Assembly (NCBI GenBank): GCA_002633005.1 | Contig: NMRA01000010.1 | Location: forward strand, 1,109,252-1,173,251 | Length of the DNA stretch: 64,000 bases | Direction of reading: 5' to 3' | Source of the DNA: Phoronis australis | Lineage: Eukaryota; Animalia; Phoronida | Shown here: one piece after another, positions 11,940-23,346 of the stretch | Position numbering within the stretch: the stretch's first letter is position 1 | Layout of the letters: every line of letters begins with the position of its first letter | Notes under the pieces: generated by a model | Told to the model about the DNA's origin: nothing | The model's database searches: none | What the model saw: the letters and a program-made list of their open reading frames with translations, nothing else | Position numbers and translations under genes: made by a program

Positions 11940-13193
11940 ATCATCATAGTATAATAACATACATTATACATTATAACATTATAATTAATATACAACAATT
12001 ATATATGACTGCCTAGCATGTGTGTTTGGAACAGCTCAAATTACAGCAGCCTGGGGGTAATTGAAAGCATTTATCTGTCTCTTTGACACATTCACTAATT
12101 ATGTTTGTTGACACCAGCACTTCATGCTCTTCCATGTCTTCTCAAATCTCCGTCACCCAGTGCTTGTAAGGCAGCATACTTCCTTGCAGTGATGCTTCAA
12201 GGTGCATTTTGCCGCTGTTATAAGTTGTCAATGTTGAATTCTTCATCTACGCTCTAGGGGGTTAAAATCTTTACTAGACTCGTCTTAAACTATTGGTAAA
12301 TGAGCCAGCAATTCAAGTCAAAGGCAATGTGAACACCCACCTTTTTTGAATTCGCAATTATAGGGTTGGCTAACCCCAATTAATTCTGAAGCGGTTTCTT
12401 GAGTCACTGATGGTTTTGATGTTCTTGCTGTTTGCAGAGTCACCGTAAAGAATAGTTTGAGACCGATTTTATGAGAATATTTTGTGATAGTAAAGCAAGA
12501 GTCGCTGATTGCAAAGATGGAGACTCAGATGACAAGGGGTTTCTTGGCTTGGAAAGAACAGTTTGTTATCGCTTGAGACCAATCTCACACATAAAATGCA
12601 CGACTGTGACAAGCAAAGTTATTGAGTTTGGTCTTGAGCAGTAACAAACTGTCATGCCTGCCATAGCCTACTATCGGGAGTTCACTCAGTTACAAAAATA
12701 GGGCACCCGAAATGGGTTCTCCAATTTCTCATGACCACTCATGCGCAACGGCGTTTTTATGACACCAAGAACAATTGGTGTAATTGTGTAGAATGTTATT
12801 GCAGAGACATGGTTCTGCAAAAATTTTTTATGTGTTACCAGTACATCAATCAACTTTTTGTTTTAGACAGACCAATGAGATCCTAGAGCTGCTGCTAGCA
12901 AGTTTAAAGGGACAACCATGCTTAATTGCTTACTTTAATTGGGTGTCCAAATTCTGAACTGGGTGTCATAACTAGAGTAAGTGTATTTGAGTCAGGGTGT
13001 GCATTTGGATGCCCTGTACACCCTCTAGGTGAAGGCTTGTCTAATATCCATCCATAATTTGAGTTTTGAGTGAGGTGAGACCAATTTCATCAATGCAAAT
13101 TTAATGGTCTTAGTAAAAAGTTGGTTTACATCAGCTTTAAACGTCTTTAGAATTTGAAAAATAACCACTTTGTTTTATCCGCACAGTTCTACA

Positions 13194-13300
13194 CTGGCTG
13201 CATATCTGCATGATCGTTACTTAAGTATCAAGGACACCGAATTCATACAGCTCGTAACATCTGACATCAGGCATTGGTTGGAGCATGCAACCTTAAACAG
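13194..13300 (+). CDS. R3HCC1: R3HCC1-like coding exon 1, copy B (CUG start at 13194)
   Basis: Exon 13187-13300. ACA CTG GCT context; LAAYLHDRYLSIKDTEFIQLVTSDIRHWLEHATLN; donor AG|gtaagc; phase 2. Confidence 0.78.
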
Positions 13301-13881
13301 GTAAGCATTGTTCTCGCCACGTAATGGTGCTCTTGCTTGATTTAGAACTGTGTGTTTAATGATTTTGTTTCCTCCCTGCGAAATAATTTAGTAAGTGCAC
13401 CGCTTTTTGTGCATTGGCCTGTCTCCAATGGGAGTTGAGAAAGAGTTTGATGAAAGTTTTTTTAATGTGAAAAAATCTTGCCTTGCACATCCATATGCCT
13501 TTCCTCTTTAAATTAAAGTTTTGCTATTATTCCAACCTTTAAAGACCATTTTCAAACCAAACAAAGCTCACAAATTAATTGATTTACATAATCATTGTTA
13601 CCTATCGCCAATAGGCTACAATAATTATTTTAATGCTAGTTTTCTGCACCAGCTATGAATATTCATTCCACAAATTGGTTAACCTTTACACATCACTATG
13701 GTAACTGTTCCATTTCCCTGTTAATTTTTCCATCTCCATGACAGTTGTTTTATAGATGTCCATGGTAAATGTTCCATTTTCATCATGGTAATTGTTTCGT
13801 ATCCATGGTGATTGTTTCATCTCCATGGTAATTTTTCCACTTCCATGGTAATTGTTCCATCTCCATGTCAATTCTTGGCAG

Positions 13882-14025
13882 GGTTCTCCTGTTTCCTGCT
13901 GTGTCCAGTTTCCACCGTTTCCTCATCCACGACTCGGCCAAGATCTACCCTGGGTTGTGCACCTTCTCTGTCGGACAGGACCAAAAGAGGAGAACTGTGG
14001 TGTGCTTGGAGGCTACTATCCTCAG
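13882..14025 (+). CDS. R3HCC1: R3HCC1-like exon 2 (R3H domain), copy B
   Basis: RVLLFPAVSSFHRFLIHDSAKIYPGLCTFSVGQDQKRRTVVCLEATIL; canonical AG/GT; 144 nt. Confidence 0.88.
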
Positions 14026-14106
14026 GTAATGCACTGTATGTCCCAAGGGAGAGGGAACAGTGGGCCACCGTCTCCTTGTAGTAGATGCGTCAGATGTTTC
14101 ACAGGG

Positions 14107-14396
14107 AGGGTGGACCTGGGCCACTGTACCATTCTGTAGCAGAATATCCACAAGACATCTCCCCAGGGTGGACGTGGGCCACTGTACCATTCTGTAGTAG
14201 TACACCCACCAGACATCTCACCAGGGTGGACCTGGGCCACTGTACCATTCTGTAGTAGTATACCCACCAGGCATCTCACCAGGGTGGACGTGGGCCACTA
14301 TACCATTCTGTAGTAGTACACCCACCAGACATCTCACCAGGGTGGAATTGGACCACTGTACCATTCTGTAGTAGTACACCCACCAGACATCTCACC
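14107..14396. repeat. 58-bp minisatellite, 5 units
   Basis: Same unit as 9119-9350, with one extra copy. Confidence 0.95.
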
Positions 14397-14966
14397 AGGG
14401 ATGAAAATGGCAGTGGGGCACCATTCTCGGGCAGTAACTCGTAGTACGTCTGACAGGGGACAGCAAGTAGCAAGCAATACTCTCTCAATGTCTTGGATAG
14501 ATGTGTGCAGTAGGAGATTTGTTGTTACAGTAGTCAAGAGTAATTTTGTTTTTTGTTGGTGGTATTAGTGAAGTGTTACAGGACAAATGTGCTGTCCTGA
14601 GGTAATGCACTAACCACTGATTAAGGGCGCTCTTCTTTTCAAAACATGATCAGTTCAAAACTGTTCTCAAAGAACAGCTGTTGGTAAACTGTCTTATCAC
14701 ACCGTCCTGTTCTCTTAGTCTACTGCTGGTCATCATCTTCTCAACTACTAACAATGTTCCTGTCTTAGTCTGCTAAATGTGACTAGTAGTTTGCTGTTGT
14801 GACTAGTAGTCTGTTAATGTGACTAGTAGTCCGTTATAACAGAGACCTTATCTTTAGGTTAATTTTATCAATTCAGGGGCTTTCATCTACAGTGACATTA
14901 TTGTCGTTTTTCAAATCCGCTGTAGAATGGTTGTTGGCATGTTATGTTGACCTCCTGTGACATCAC

Positions 14967-17155
14967 CAGGGCTCGACGCTATTCAAATCGCCAGGTCGCA
15001 TTTTGCGACCTAGCCAAAATCCCAGGTCGCATTTTCAAAATCCAGCTCGCATTCGTAAATGCCAGGTCGCAAAATTTTCCCGCCATTTTTACGCGCCAAA
15101 ATAGATTTTTTAGATCATCTAGAAAATGTTTAGATTATGCTCTTATCTGCAGCGTTAAATACTCACAAATTTCGGATCTCAAAATTGACTTCATTCATGC
15201 AGGTACGGCCTTACTGTTCTTCACGACCGCCATTGAAAGACTCTAGAGCGCAAGGCAAGTTGCCGGCGTGAAAGTTGAATCAGTGCTCTCTAACTGACTT
15301 GTGCATTGGAGTAGCTAAATTTGCGATGTGAAAAGGGAGAAAATGCCCGTTGAAAAAGTATCTGGGATTTTGTTAGATCTGGTCTGCTACTGGCCGTCAT
15401 CAAAGTCGTTAACGATTCAAACTAACTCGGGTAATCGCGAGTTTGCTCTTCAATACTCTCCAAGTACGGGAAAAATAGGTCAGTCGCAAAACGACACGCA
15501 CGTCACTAGTGTTAACTTTCTTTCCGAGGTATAAAACAAAGCCGAGATTTGGTTTTTACATATTGTGAAAAGACGTTTTTGAAAACTGAAGTTGTGTAAA
15601 ATGAAAGTGACACACACCATATAAGCTGCGTGTCAATTTTAAACCACACGCGGTCGTTTGTAGTGCGCAATGATGGGCGCTAGCTTGAACTGTGGGCGCT
15701 TAATTGGAAATTCTCAAAATTTAAGGGGGGACTTTTAATAGATCAGTGAGCGCTTATTATGAAACACTTTAAAGGTAGGGAGTAGGCTTGTGCGTGAGCA
15801 TAGTCGTTAACCTCAGTGTTTGCGGTAATAAGATATTAAAACGCTGCAATGGTAAGAAACGTTATAATAATACGATTTTGCGAGGCAAACTCCATCTGGT
15901 AGGGGTGACTTTCTGGATATCGTTACCAACTACATTGTACCCTTTTTAGCCACCCGGAATGATTTTTTTAACTGCCCGCTTCAGCCGGAACAAGGTTGTT
16001 TCTATAGGAGTCTGAACATTTTACGGCGAAGGTGGTTCGGGGAGCGAAAAGTTGCCGGGGGGTGTATAAAGAGAAGAATGAAAAGTTCGCTAACTTGAAC
16101 CACAATTTCGCATCTAGTGCCAGTTTAGTTGCAATAGCTGGCTACGGGCATAGAATACAGGGTTTACAGAACATCGACCTCGGGAAACATCGGAACAGGA
16201 TAACCTTAGTTCTGGGTTATATCGGTCCCGGGACATCGGGTCTTTTATAACCGCTGGGAATCTGAGTTCATTTTCAAATAAACCAGAGCCAAGCCGGTAT
16301 ACTCTTTCATTTAGGACTGTCGCTGTTCTTTGAAGTGGTGCGCACGCGTGAGTTCACGCACTTGAATCGCTGGAGTAGGCCTACACTTTACGTTGGCAAC
16401 AACGTGTGAAAGACAAATCATATTTCGCGCACGTAGCCCCAGAAACAAGTAAAGGGTTTGAGAATTTCTTGGCAACTGAAAGTAAAGACGTGACCGTCGT
16501 TTGGCGATTAATAAGGTTGTAATTTTCACTTTGGCTGTCTTAATACGATAAAAAGGAGAAGCACATCTCAGTCTAAGTCACGATTGTCTGCCGGGACCGC
16601 TTGCGCGCTAACGGTGCCGCAGTGCGATATCAGGGATATTGTCGTGGATATTTGGTACATGTAATAAGGACATTTTATGTGAAAAATAAACATTTTTGTC
16701 CACCACAATGTTTGGTAAGTTGATCGCTTAAGAATTAATAGAAACACCGTTGTTTTGTGAAGTTTTATCACGTGTTAAGCAGTGGCCCGAAACTTTCTTC
16801 CGCGAATCCGGGAATTTACAAAAGTGGCCGAAAGTGTTAGCCAATGAAACGCGTCAAAGATCGATTCTGTATATCCCATGTTCACGCGACATGCTTACAA
16901 GTCATCGGGAGGGCAGTTCTCGGTTAGTGTTCTTTTGAACTTCTATTTGGCAACAACCAAATAACAGTCGGATTAACAAGACCTGATTCGTATTTGCCGG
17001 GTATCTGTTGAGAAGTGTAAAAACTCAGCTCGCATTCGTTGGAAATTCCAGGTCGCATTTTGCGACTTTATACGAGCTGACAAAAATCTCAGCTCGCATT
17101 TCCAAATTTCAGGTGGCAAATGCGACCTGCAGCTATGCAGTTATGTCGAGCCCTG
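14967..17155. mobile_element. Non-autonomous hAT-like (hAT5-type) DNA transposon, 2189 bp, 5-bp TSD ATCAC
   Basis: TIR CAGGGCTCGAC / GTCGAGCCCTG. ATCAC is duplicated at 14962-14966 and 17156-17160, and the empty site with a single ATCAC is at 9945-9949. Subterminal CAG(G/C)TCGCATTT repeats at both ends; no transposase ORF. Confidence 0.92.
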
Positions 17156-17578
17156 ATCACAAATAACTTTGGCATGATTGTGTAACCTGGTTTATAATTT
17201 TCATTTTAGGTGGTAAGATTAGACTTCAGCATGTTCAGATGGCGCATGCCTCAAGAATCTTTCGCGCAAAAAATTTGCCAATCTATGTATTGTTGGCTAA
17301 TTTTCAGTCTTTTATTTTTGTTTGTTGATTGTTCAGTATAATTTCACCAAAAACTTGTTTTAGTTTACCCGTGTTTTTGTTTTTGTTGTGCTCAAGTCAC
17401 TAAGTGTTGGTTTCCATCTACTTTTTTTTAATATCACCAAGTTATTTGTGATGCTATCTGGTGTTTATGAGCTGAGACCAGTCCCACTGTACATTTGAAA
17501 ATGACAGCACTGTAGATGAAATTCTCCCAATTCTGCTAATGACTTGCATTGAGGTTATCGTGTCACCTGTGTGTTTAG

Positions 17579-17653
17579 GGAAATGAACAAGAGCCACACA
17601 GATCTAAATGTAGGTGGACAGCCAACGCAAGGTGTCGGCGATGGCCAGAGAAG
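17579..17653 (+). CDS. R3HCC1: R3HCC1-like exon 3, copy B
   Basis: 75 nt, phase 2-2; contains the first in-frame ATG (17583). Confidence 0.72.
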
Positions 17654-18236
17654 GTTTGTGTTTACTGATTGGGCATCGTCAGAGGTGTAGCCAATCACTT
17701 GATTTATCGGTACAGAGTTTAAATTTGATCTTCTACAAAATCATGTGCCCAGACTGGAAAACTTTCGGGCAAAATGGGGGAGGAATTATCATTGGAAAAT
17801 AAAGTAGGGCGTGATTTCGAAAAAACTTTTTTGTGTTTGGAAATATTAAGAATCCGTTTCATTTAATTATGCAGACGCGCAAACCGGGGATACAATCCAG
17901 CTCCTAGTTATCAAAGTTAAAGGTAGTATGCATGAAGAGGTTCAGTACATGTTTTGTGCACCGTGGTTCACACATGCACTGTGAATGTTAAACCCTGCGC
18001 AATAAAATTGTGCTATTGTCGCAAAAACACTCAAATTTCTATGAACTTTGCCAGTGTTTTAAAACCACTGTATGAAGTAGCATTATTAATGAGTGGTGGT
18101 CACTTTTGAAGTTATCCTTTGCAGAATGTACATCTGAGCATCTTGGTTCGTTTTAACTGTTTAGACAGATAGTTGCTTCCTGATGTTTGCACCATGAACG
18201 AGTAGATTGACTATTACCCTCTATTTTGTGTTTCAG

Positions 18237-19980
18237 GCAACGCAAGAAACGAGCAGAGGCCCAGCTGTATGTCCCACCATCACGGCGTACAGCTACTCCC
18301 TCTGTTGGCACAAACCATTGCCAGGCCAGAGGTCCAGGAACCTTTCAGGGAACCGAGGAAGGTCACACTGATGGTACAAATAGTTCTACGAAGACACGAG
18401 TCATGGAACAAGGTAAACAAGACGGTCACAGTCCATCTCGGAGTGACACGTCAAACCCACGGCAACAGAGGAGGGGCAAGTCTGACCAAAAAAAGGTAAC
18501 GTCATCTCGAGGCCGTGGACGAGGTAGAGGAGGGGTGTATTTACCACCTGGTAAACAGGCCGAGAAAGAAGAGGTTTTGTCACCTCCAACACGTGATCTC
18601 ATCTCTGCCACTGTCTCACGCAACACGGACAAGAAAGAGCCAGAGTCAATGGAGACTGAACAAAGCCAAAACAATCACATTCAAGACCCAGCTGATGATG
18701 GTGATGTGATTTCCAGTGAGCGCATATCTCAACTTAGCGAAAAGTGCGGGGTCATAACTCATACTGCATTTTCTAGTTCCAGTGTAGAATCTAACGCAAT
18801 GCAGGTTTTTGAACCCGATCTCGGTGTGACTGAGGATCATGGGAAAAATGAAGTTCTGGGCCGTGACTCATGTTTTGTTACTGAATCAGATGCTTGTGAC
18901 TGGCCTAAGGAAAGCGGTGAGTTGGACGCTTCTAGAACTCTTGAACATCACGAACCTGGCCGTGATAAAGAAAACTTACGTGATAAACAGTGTGGAAAGT
19001 TAAATTCCTATGAACAGAATTTTTGCTCAGATACCTCAAGCACAGATGTGATGGGATTGAGTAACGATTCGTTTGAAGATCGTTCGGTCCATGATGTACC
19101 CAAGTGCCAGGAGATAATTGCTACAGAGGTGACTGATACGCGTTGTCAATCTGTTGTGTGTGAAGTGAGCCACAATGAAGAAAACAATTTTGTCAGTAGT
19201 GTACCAGAAGAGACTGCTTTAAGAGAATGTTCTGATGACTTTGATCAAATGGATCAGGAACAAAAACTTTCCCCTTGTGGCAGAACTCCCTCAGTGGTAG
19301 AGGTTGAGTTAGATGTGCAGGTTAACTGTGGTCTTGAACAGCAAGCTTTGTCAAGCAGTGTTGCTGGTGATAGTGGCTTACTGGAGTCGGATGTAGTTAC
19401 CTGTAACCCAGTCATGGAATTGGATTCTAGTCCACAAATTGGTAATGGAGCCAACATCCCTGAAGTTACAGAAGCAACCCCTGTTGTGTCAACATGTGAA
19501 GAAACTGAAAGTTCAGACGTTGGGTCCAGATCAACTGTTCCTTTGAAAGACGGTTTACTTGAAGAAGGAGAAATTGTGGAGACCGGCGGAATCAATGATG
19601 CTGAGAAGACGGTCTCCATGAAAAATGATGGGGAATCCAAACCAGAGAAAATTAAGAAGACAAAGAAAAAGGACAAATCTAAAAAGAAACGGCACACAGA
19701 AGATCTCAGTAAAAGTTTGCCTGATAATACAGAGGAGATCCTGGACTCTATTTTCACTAGTTCTGTAATATCAGAGCATTTGACCAAAAAGGTTAAAGTT
19801 GGTGCGAAGAAGGGTGCTTCTAAAGGGCGCGCAACAACTAGAGGGGCGGATGCTGGAGACGGTGGGACTGGAGGGGCGGACGCAGGAGACGGTGGGGGAA
19901 AAGTGGATGTGGAGGTGGACGACTGGGAAGATCTGTTCAATGATTCTGGTGACAGCTTAGACGAAGGTCTGGTGCAAGAG
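18237..19980 (+). CDS. R3HCC1: R3HCC1/R3HCC1L-like exon 4 (EJC-binding-like motif, RG repeat, long acidic disordered region)
   Basis: tttcag| ... GAG|gtaatt, 1744 nt within the 626-aa ORF. Starts RQRKKRAEAQLYVPP and ends DDWEDLFNDSGDSLDEGLVQE, like R3HCC1L. Confidence 0.9.
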
Positions 19981-20760
19981 GTAATTATGCATAATTATGG
20001 ACTTACGGTAAATCAACATTCTAACATAGCCGAACAATCGCATTCATTTGCAATTATTTTGACAGTGTGCTCTAGGAATGTTGCATGTTTACCAGTTGAA
20101 CACTAATCAAGATGTTGTGAGTGTTTAACTATCACCATCTTGCATAATCTCACTAAACTCCAAAGAAATTTGCGTTATTGAAGGCTCTTCATTTTTATTT
20201 TTTCCACTGAAGTTCCTGGGAAGTCAGGTCTTAAATTAATGTAGTTTTTGAGAAACAATGCATAAAGGTTTTTTTCTGCATTATTCTCACCAAACTTTTT
20301 GTACCTGTTATAAAACACTTTTAAAAGCACCACCATGATTGTCTGAATCGATTTTGATGTAGAGGTAACAAATATTTTCATTTAATTAATATTTAATCAC
20401 AAATGATTTTCTCGAAATTTGTTCCACAATTGAATATCATTGAATATTAAAAATGTGTTGACATATTTCAGCTTTGATTTCTTTGTTTATCAACGTTCAC
20501 CAATAACTTATTCATGCTCAAATGGTTTCTAATCACATTCATTTGCTGTCAGGGGTCTGTCCTCTTAATGCTTGAAATGTTATTGTTCCTATTCAATGTA
20601 TTTGTTAGCTGTTTCAAAGTAAACAAATCCTTCGACACTGGTGATGGTGCTGCAAGTAGTGACCTTAGGTTTATCGTGTCTGGGTGATATTCTGTGATTG
20701 CGGCACCCTTAAGGTTTGTAATATTGTACGTGACAGTAATTTCCACTTTGGTGTATGTAG

Positions 20761-20933
20761 CTCACCACAGCGGTTGGCAAAGTGAAGGTCGACTCGCCTC
20801 AGTTTGACTACCTGGATTATCAGCCACGTGACCCTCAGTTAGACGGAGCTGAGTACGGCCACCTCATCGAGATCAGCGGTTTTCCTGCAGAGTTCAAGAC
20901 AGCCGACCTCCTGTCAGCGTTCAAGCAGTTCAT
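20761..20933 (+). CDS. R3HCC1: R3HCC1-like exon 5
   Basis: LTTAVGKVKVDSPQFDYLDYQPRDPQLDGAEYGHLIEISGFPAEFKTADLLSAFKQF; family motif H(V/L)IEIxxFPxEFKTxDLL; AG/GT boundaries. Confidence 0.93.
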
Positions 20934-21894
20934 GTAAGCAAACTCTAACATGACTTTGTTTCACTCAGTAATGTGCTGGGAGATTCAAAGCTAGCATTGT
21001 CCTTAGCCTGAGCAAGCTCACATGAATTGCTGATAGTGCATTACAAATTGGAGCTGCAAGTTAAAGAGTATGACACTGTTGTTTGTTTTTGCTTGCTTTT
21101 AAGATGCTACAAACTAGGTTATGAACTTGTTTAATATCAACTTTCTTCACAGGGATATTTGATTTTCTAAAGCAATTATGTCGCATTCTTAATTATCCTT
21201 TTTTTGAATTGATCCAAAATTGGTTACAATGAATTGCCTGGAATTCGCAATGGCTATATGCCTTTGGCAGTTGAAACTAACCAAGCTATAAAAGCAACTT
21301 AAGTGGAACGGTAGCATTTGGGAATGTATTTGATACACTATTTTTTGCACATTACTTTGAGCACACCAACGTCACAAACTGCCAAATGTAATGATAAACA
21401 GTTTGACTTATTCATTGAAGTTTATGTATATCACTGAGAGTCCTTATGTGCTGTTCTGACAGATACTATTTTACTGCTTGATTCTCTCATTCTTTTTCTG
21501 TGTTGCCACGGTGATACAATATGGCACGTACAGACTACTTCACGTATCATTGGAGGAGCCTCTGTTTGAGTTAAAGTATTACTGGGACTATTAGGGTTAC
21601 TGAATACATATAAAATAACAAAAAGCGGTTTAAGGAAGGCTTCAGTGTGCCTAGTCTAAAGTATTAATGTCCTGTCAGTTCTTCTCAACCCTTGAAAACA
21701 TTTCTAATCTAAGTAGAGAATGAAATGAGATAGCTAAGTGGCTGAAATCAAAGCTGATTTTGAGCAGAAGGTGTGGATTTGTTGCTTCTTTATTAATGAG
21801 GCTGTTATGAAAACAGTCGCCCTGTTGAATAGTTGGAACATTGACTATGGTGTACAGTAATGGGATTGTGCCTTCAATTGTTTATTATTGAAAT

Positions 21895-22455
21895 GTCTGA
21901 TTGACAGGCAGGTCAAGAGAATGCTTGGAGCTATTGATCCATGTTTGCAACTTGTAACAATCTTTAAACCTGTAAACAGACATTTTGTTATTGTCTAGAC
22001 CAAAAACACCATTGAGTAATTCTCAAAGAAGTCATGTTGTGTACCAACTCAACTGTAGTGACTGTGAACAGTTTTACTTTGGAATGACGAACAGGATTCT
22101 TAGCATCAGAATCAAAGAACACTGTAGACACACACAGTGCTGTTCTCAATCCTTTCTTGACAATTGGTCATACTATAGATTGCTCTGGTGTTCAGGTCCT
22201 AGACAAGGATAATGCCTCGCTCAGGCTCCTCATAAAGGAGGCTGTGCACATACGGTTGAATCATGCTGAGCGTTACTTCAATAGAAACATTGGTTCATTT
22301 GAGCTGCAACTGTTTTGATTTCTGATCTCTTCCCTCACAATACATTTTGATTGTGCACCTGTACAATCTGTTCATCACCTGTGTTGCCTGATTAAATAAT
22401 GTGAGCTTTTGCCATGGGAAGGGTACATAGTGAATAAATCAAAACGTCGGATCAA
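21895..22455 (+). mobile_element. Decayed Penelope-like retroelement 3' fragment (GIY-YIG endonuclease)
   Basis: VVYQLNCSDCEQFYFGMTNRILSIRIKEH, then after a frameshift SAV..GHTID...VLDKD..LRLLIKEAVHI...FNRNIGSFEL; typical PLE GIY-YIG motifs. Confidence 0.8.
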
Positions 22456-22748
22456 TATGTCTTCATTTACTTACGTGCTAATTTTCAAGATTGAAATGTC
22501 TGCTCGTTAGAATCTGGGGAATGGAATACTGTGGCTCGCCAGATAGCTTGTTCAGCAAATAATTGGGGGATTTGGCTAAGACCATGGTGCACAGACAAAG
22601 AAAGGAAGGGTGTGAGATTGGTTGACGGTTGATTTCGACTTAAACAATATTTTTATGTTAGTTTTGTCAAAGATCAGGTTGGCTGAGCTTTGAATGAATT
22701 TTATTATTGATTGCAAAGTAATTTAATTTGAATAATGATTTATTTCAG

Positions 22749-22819
22749 GGACCGAGGATTTGATATAAAGTGGGTTGATGACACTCATGCTATTGGTATC
22801 TTTGCCTCCACAGTTGCTG
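22749..22819 (+). CDS. R3HCC1: R3HCC1-like exon 6
   Basis: DRGFDIKWVDDTHAIGIFASTVA; conserved GFxIKWVDDTHA motif; phase 2-1. Confidence 0.95.
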
Positions 22820-23250
22820 GTAAGGAAGGGATTTTTGTCAATGCAATCAATCTTGTAGCAACATCTATCTTTAAGGTTATAGAGGTCTCCATCGGGAAAT
22901 TCACATATTTAGCCAAATATCTATAAAATTATTCATTTGAACAGAGTAAAAGTATTATGTTTTCGGAAAGTAGAGAGAATGAAGTATTTGATTCTTGACT
23001 TTATTCCAATCTGCCGTCAATTGGATTATGTGACCATGTGTTTAATTAGTGAAAGTTAGCAGAAACAAACATGGTACATTCATAGCATTGTTTGAGAGTA
23101 AATCAGGCATCTGAGACACAGTTTGTAGCGTAATGATAGGAGCGGCCATTTTTTCTAGTCAGTAGTTGCAGGTTTTGAAATGGGCCGGGGTAAAGACTAG
23201 AAGAAATTTTGCATTTTTTGCCTCACTTATGTTCTATTCTCTGTCTTCAG

Positions 23251-23346
23251 CTGACGACGCCCTGCAGATGAAGAACCCTTTTTTCACAGTCTGCCCTATT
23301 TCCATGGCAACCAGTCAGACCAAGGTGAAGGCCAAGCGTTGCACAG
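23251..23346 (+). CDS. R3HCC1: R3HCC1-like exon 7
   Basis: ADDALQMKNPFFTVCPISMATSQTKVKAKRCT; AG/GT; phase 1-1. Confidence 0.9.

Larger units (their letters stand above)
11124..18339. repeat. Copy B of the duplicated segment (continuous with the rest of the gene)
   Basis: Starts ACATTGGACAACTTGGGC exactly as at 6223. Confidence 0.9.

Noticed and set aside
14944-16938. Short ORFs inside the 2.2-kb transposon as a transposase
   Set aside because: All are 100 aa or less, with no BED finger, DDE or hAT dimerisation motifs.
19254-19940. 228-aa antisense ORF
   Set aside because: Antisense shadow of the low-complexity R3HCC1 exon 4.
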